Shown: positions 63,905-64,000 of the stretch, piece after piece
How the letters are laid out: every line of letters starts with the position of its first letter
Position numbering within the stretch: position 1 is the stretch's first letter
Assembly (NCBI GenBank): GCA_028023455.1
Contig: JAQFVV010000006.1
Coordinates: forward strand, 744,001-808,000
DNA: 64,000 nucleotides
Direction: 5' to 3'
Source of the DNA: Epiperipatus broadwayi
Taxonomy: Eukaryota; Animalia; Onychophora
Program-made: the position numbers and the translations under genes
Notes under the pieces: model-generated
Database searches by the model: none
What the model was told of the DNA's origin: nothing
Seen by the model: only the letters and a program-made list of their open reading frames with translations

Positions 63905-63918
63905 CTGAGGTAGATTTT
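63905..63918 (-). CDS. Candidate 14-nt micro-exon, or the 3' end of a longer exon, of the minus-strand model
   Basis: ctgtttttgtaatttttgcatag|AAAATCTACCTCAG|gtaaga. Confidence 0.35.
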
Positions 63919-64000
63919 CTATGCAAAAATTACAAAAACAGTGTGATTGGTAACTTCCATTTTTACTAGCTGACCCAGATGTTCTACTTTTATAACAGAG

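Overview
Very AT-rich, CpG-depleted, intron-rich animal (probably invertebrate) genomic DNA dominated by decayed retroelements. One host gene is securely recognisable: coding exon 1 of 14-3-3 epsilon (3267-3330, minus strand; the rest of the gene lies left of the window). Two further small-exon gene models can be assembled from splice signals and phase only (45034-63134 on +, led by an RFX X-box; 53711-63918 on -); both are speculative. Mobile DNA includes a roughly 11.5-kb decayed Ty3/gypsy element (25989-37516, -) with a nested TG..CA insertion, several other gypsy fragments, AT-rich Penelope-like elements (one forming a 2.6-kb palindrome), a TIR element and fold-back MITEs. The most striking signal is a set of hammerhead ribozyme (HHR)-bearing repeats. 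Family A has 8 insertions, a minimal type I HHR with a palindromic CUAG stem III, an approximately 460-nt tandem monomer, copy-specific inversions and 12-15-bp target-site duplications. Family C has 4 decayed copies, there is one textbook-intact HHR at 51203-51243, and HHR-like variants sit at Penelope 3' ends. A 43-nt mature tRNA-Ser 3' half including CCA abuts an LTR at 56103-56145. All alignments, folds and translations were done by eye; no database search was run.
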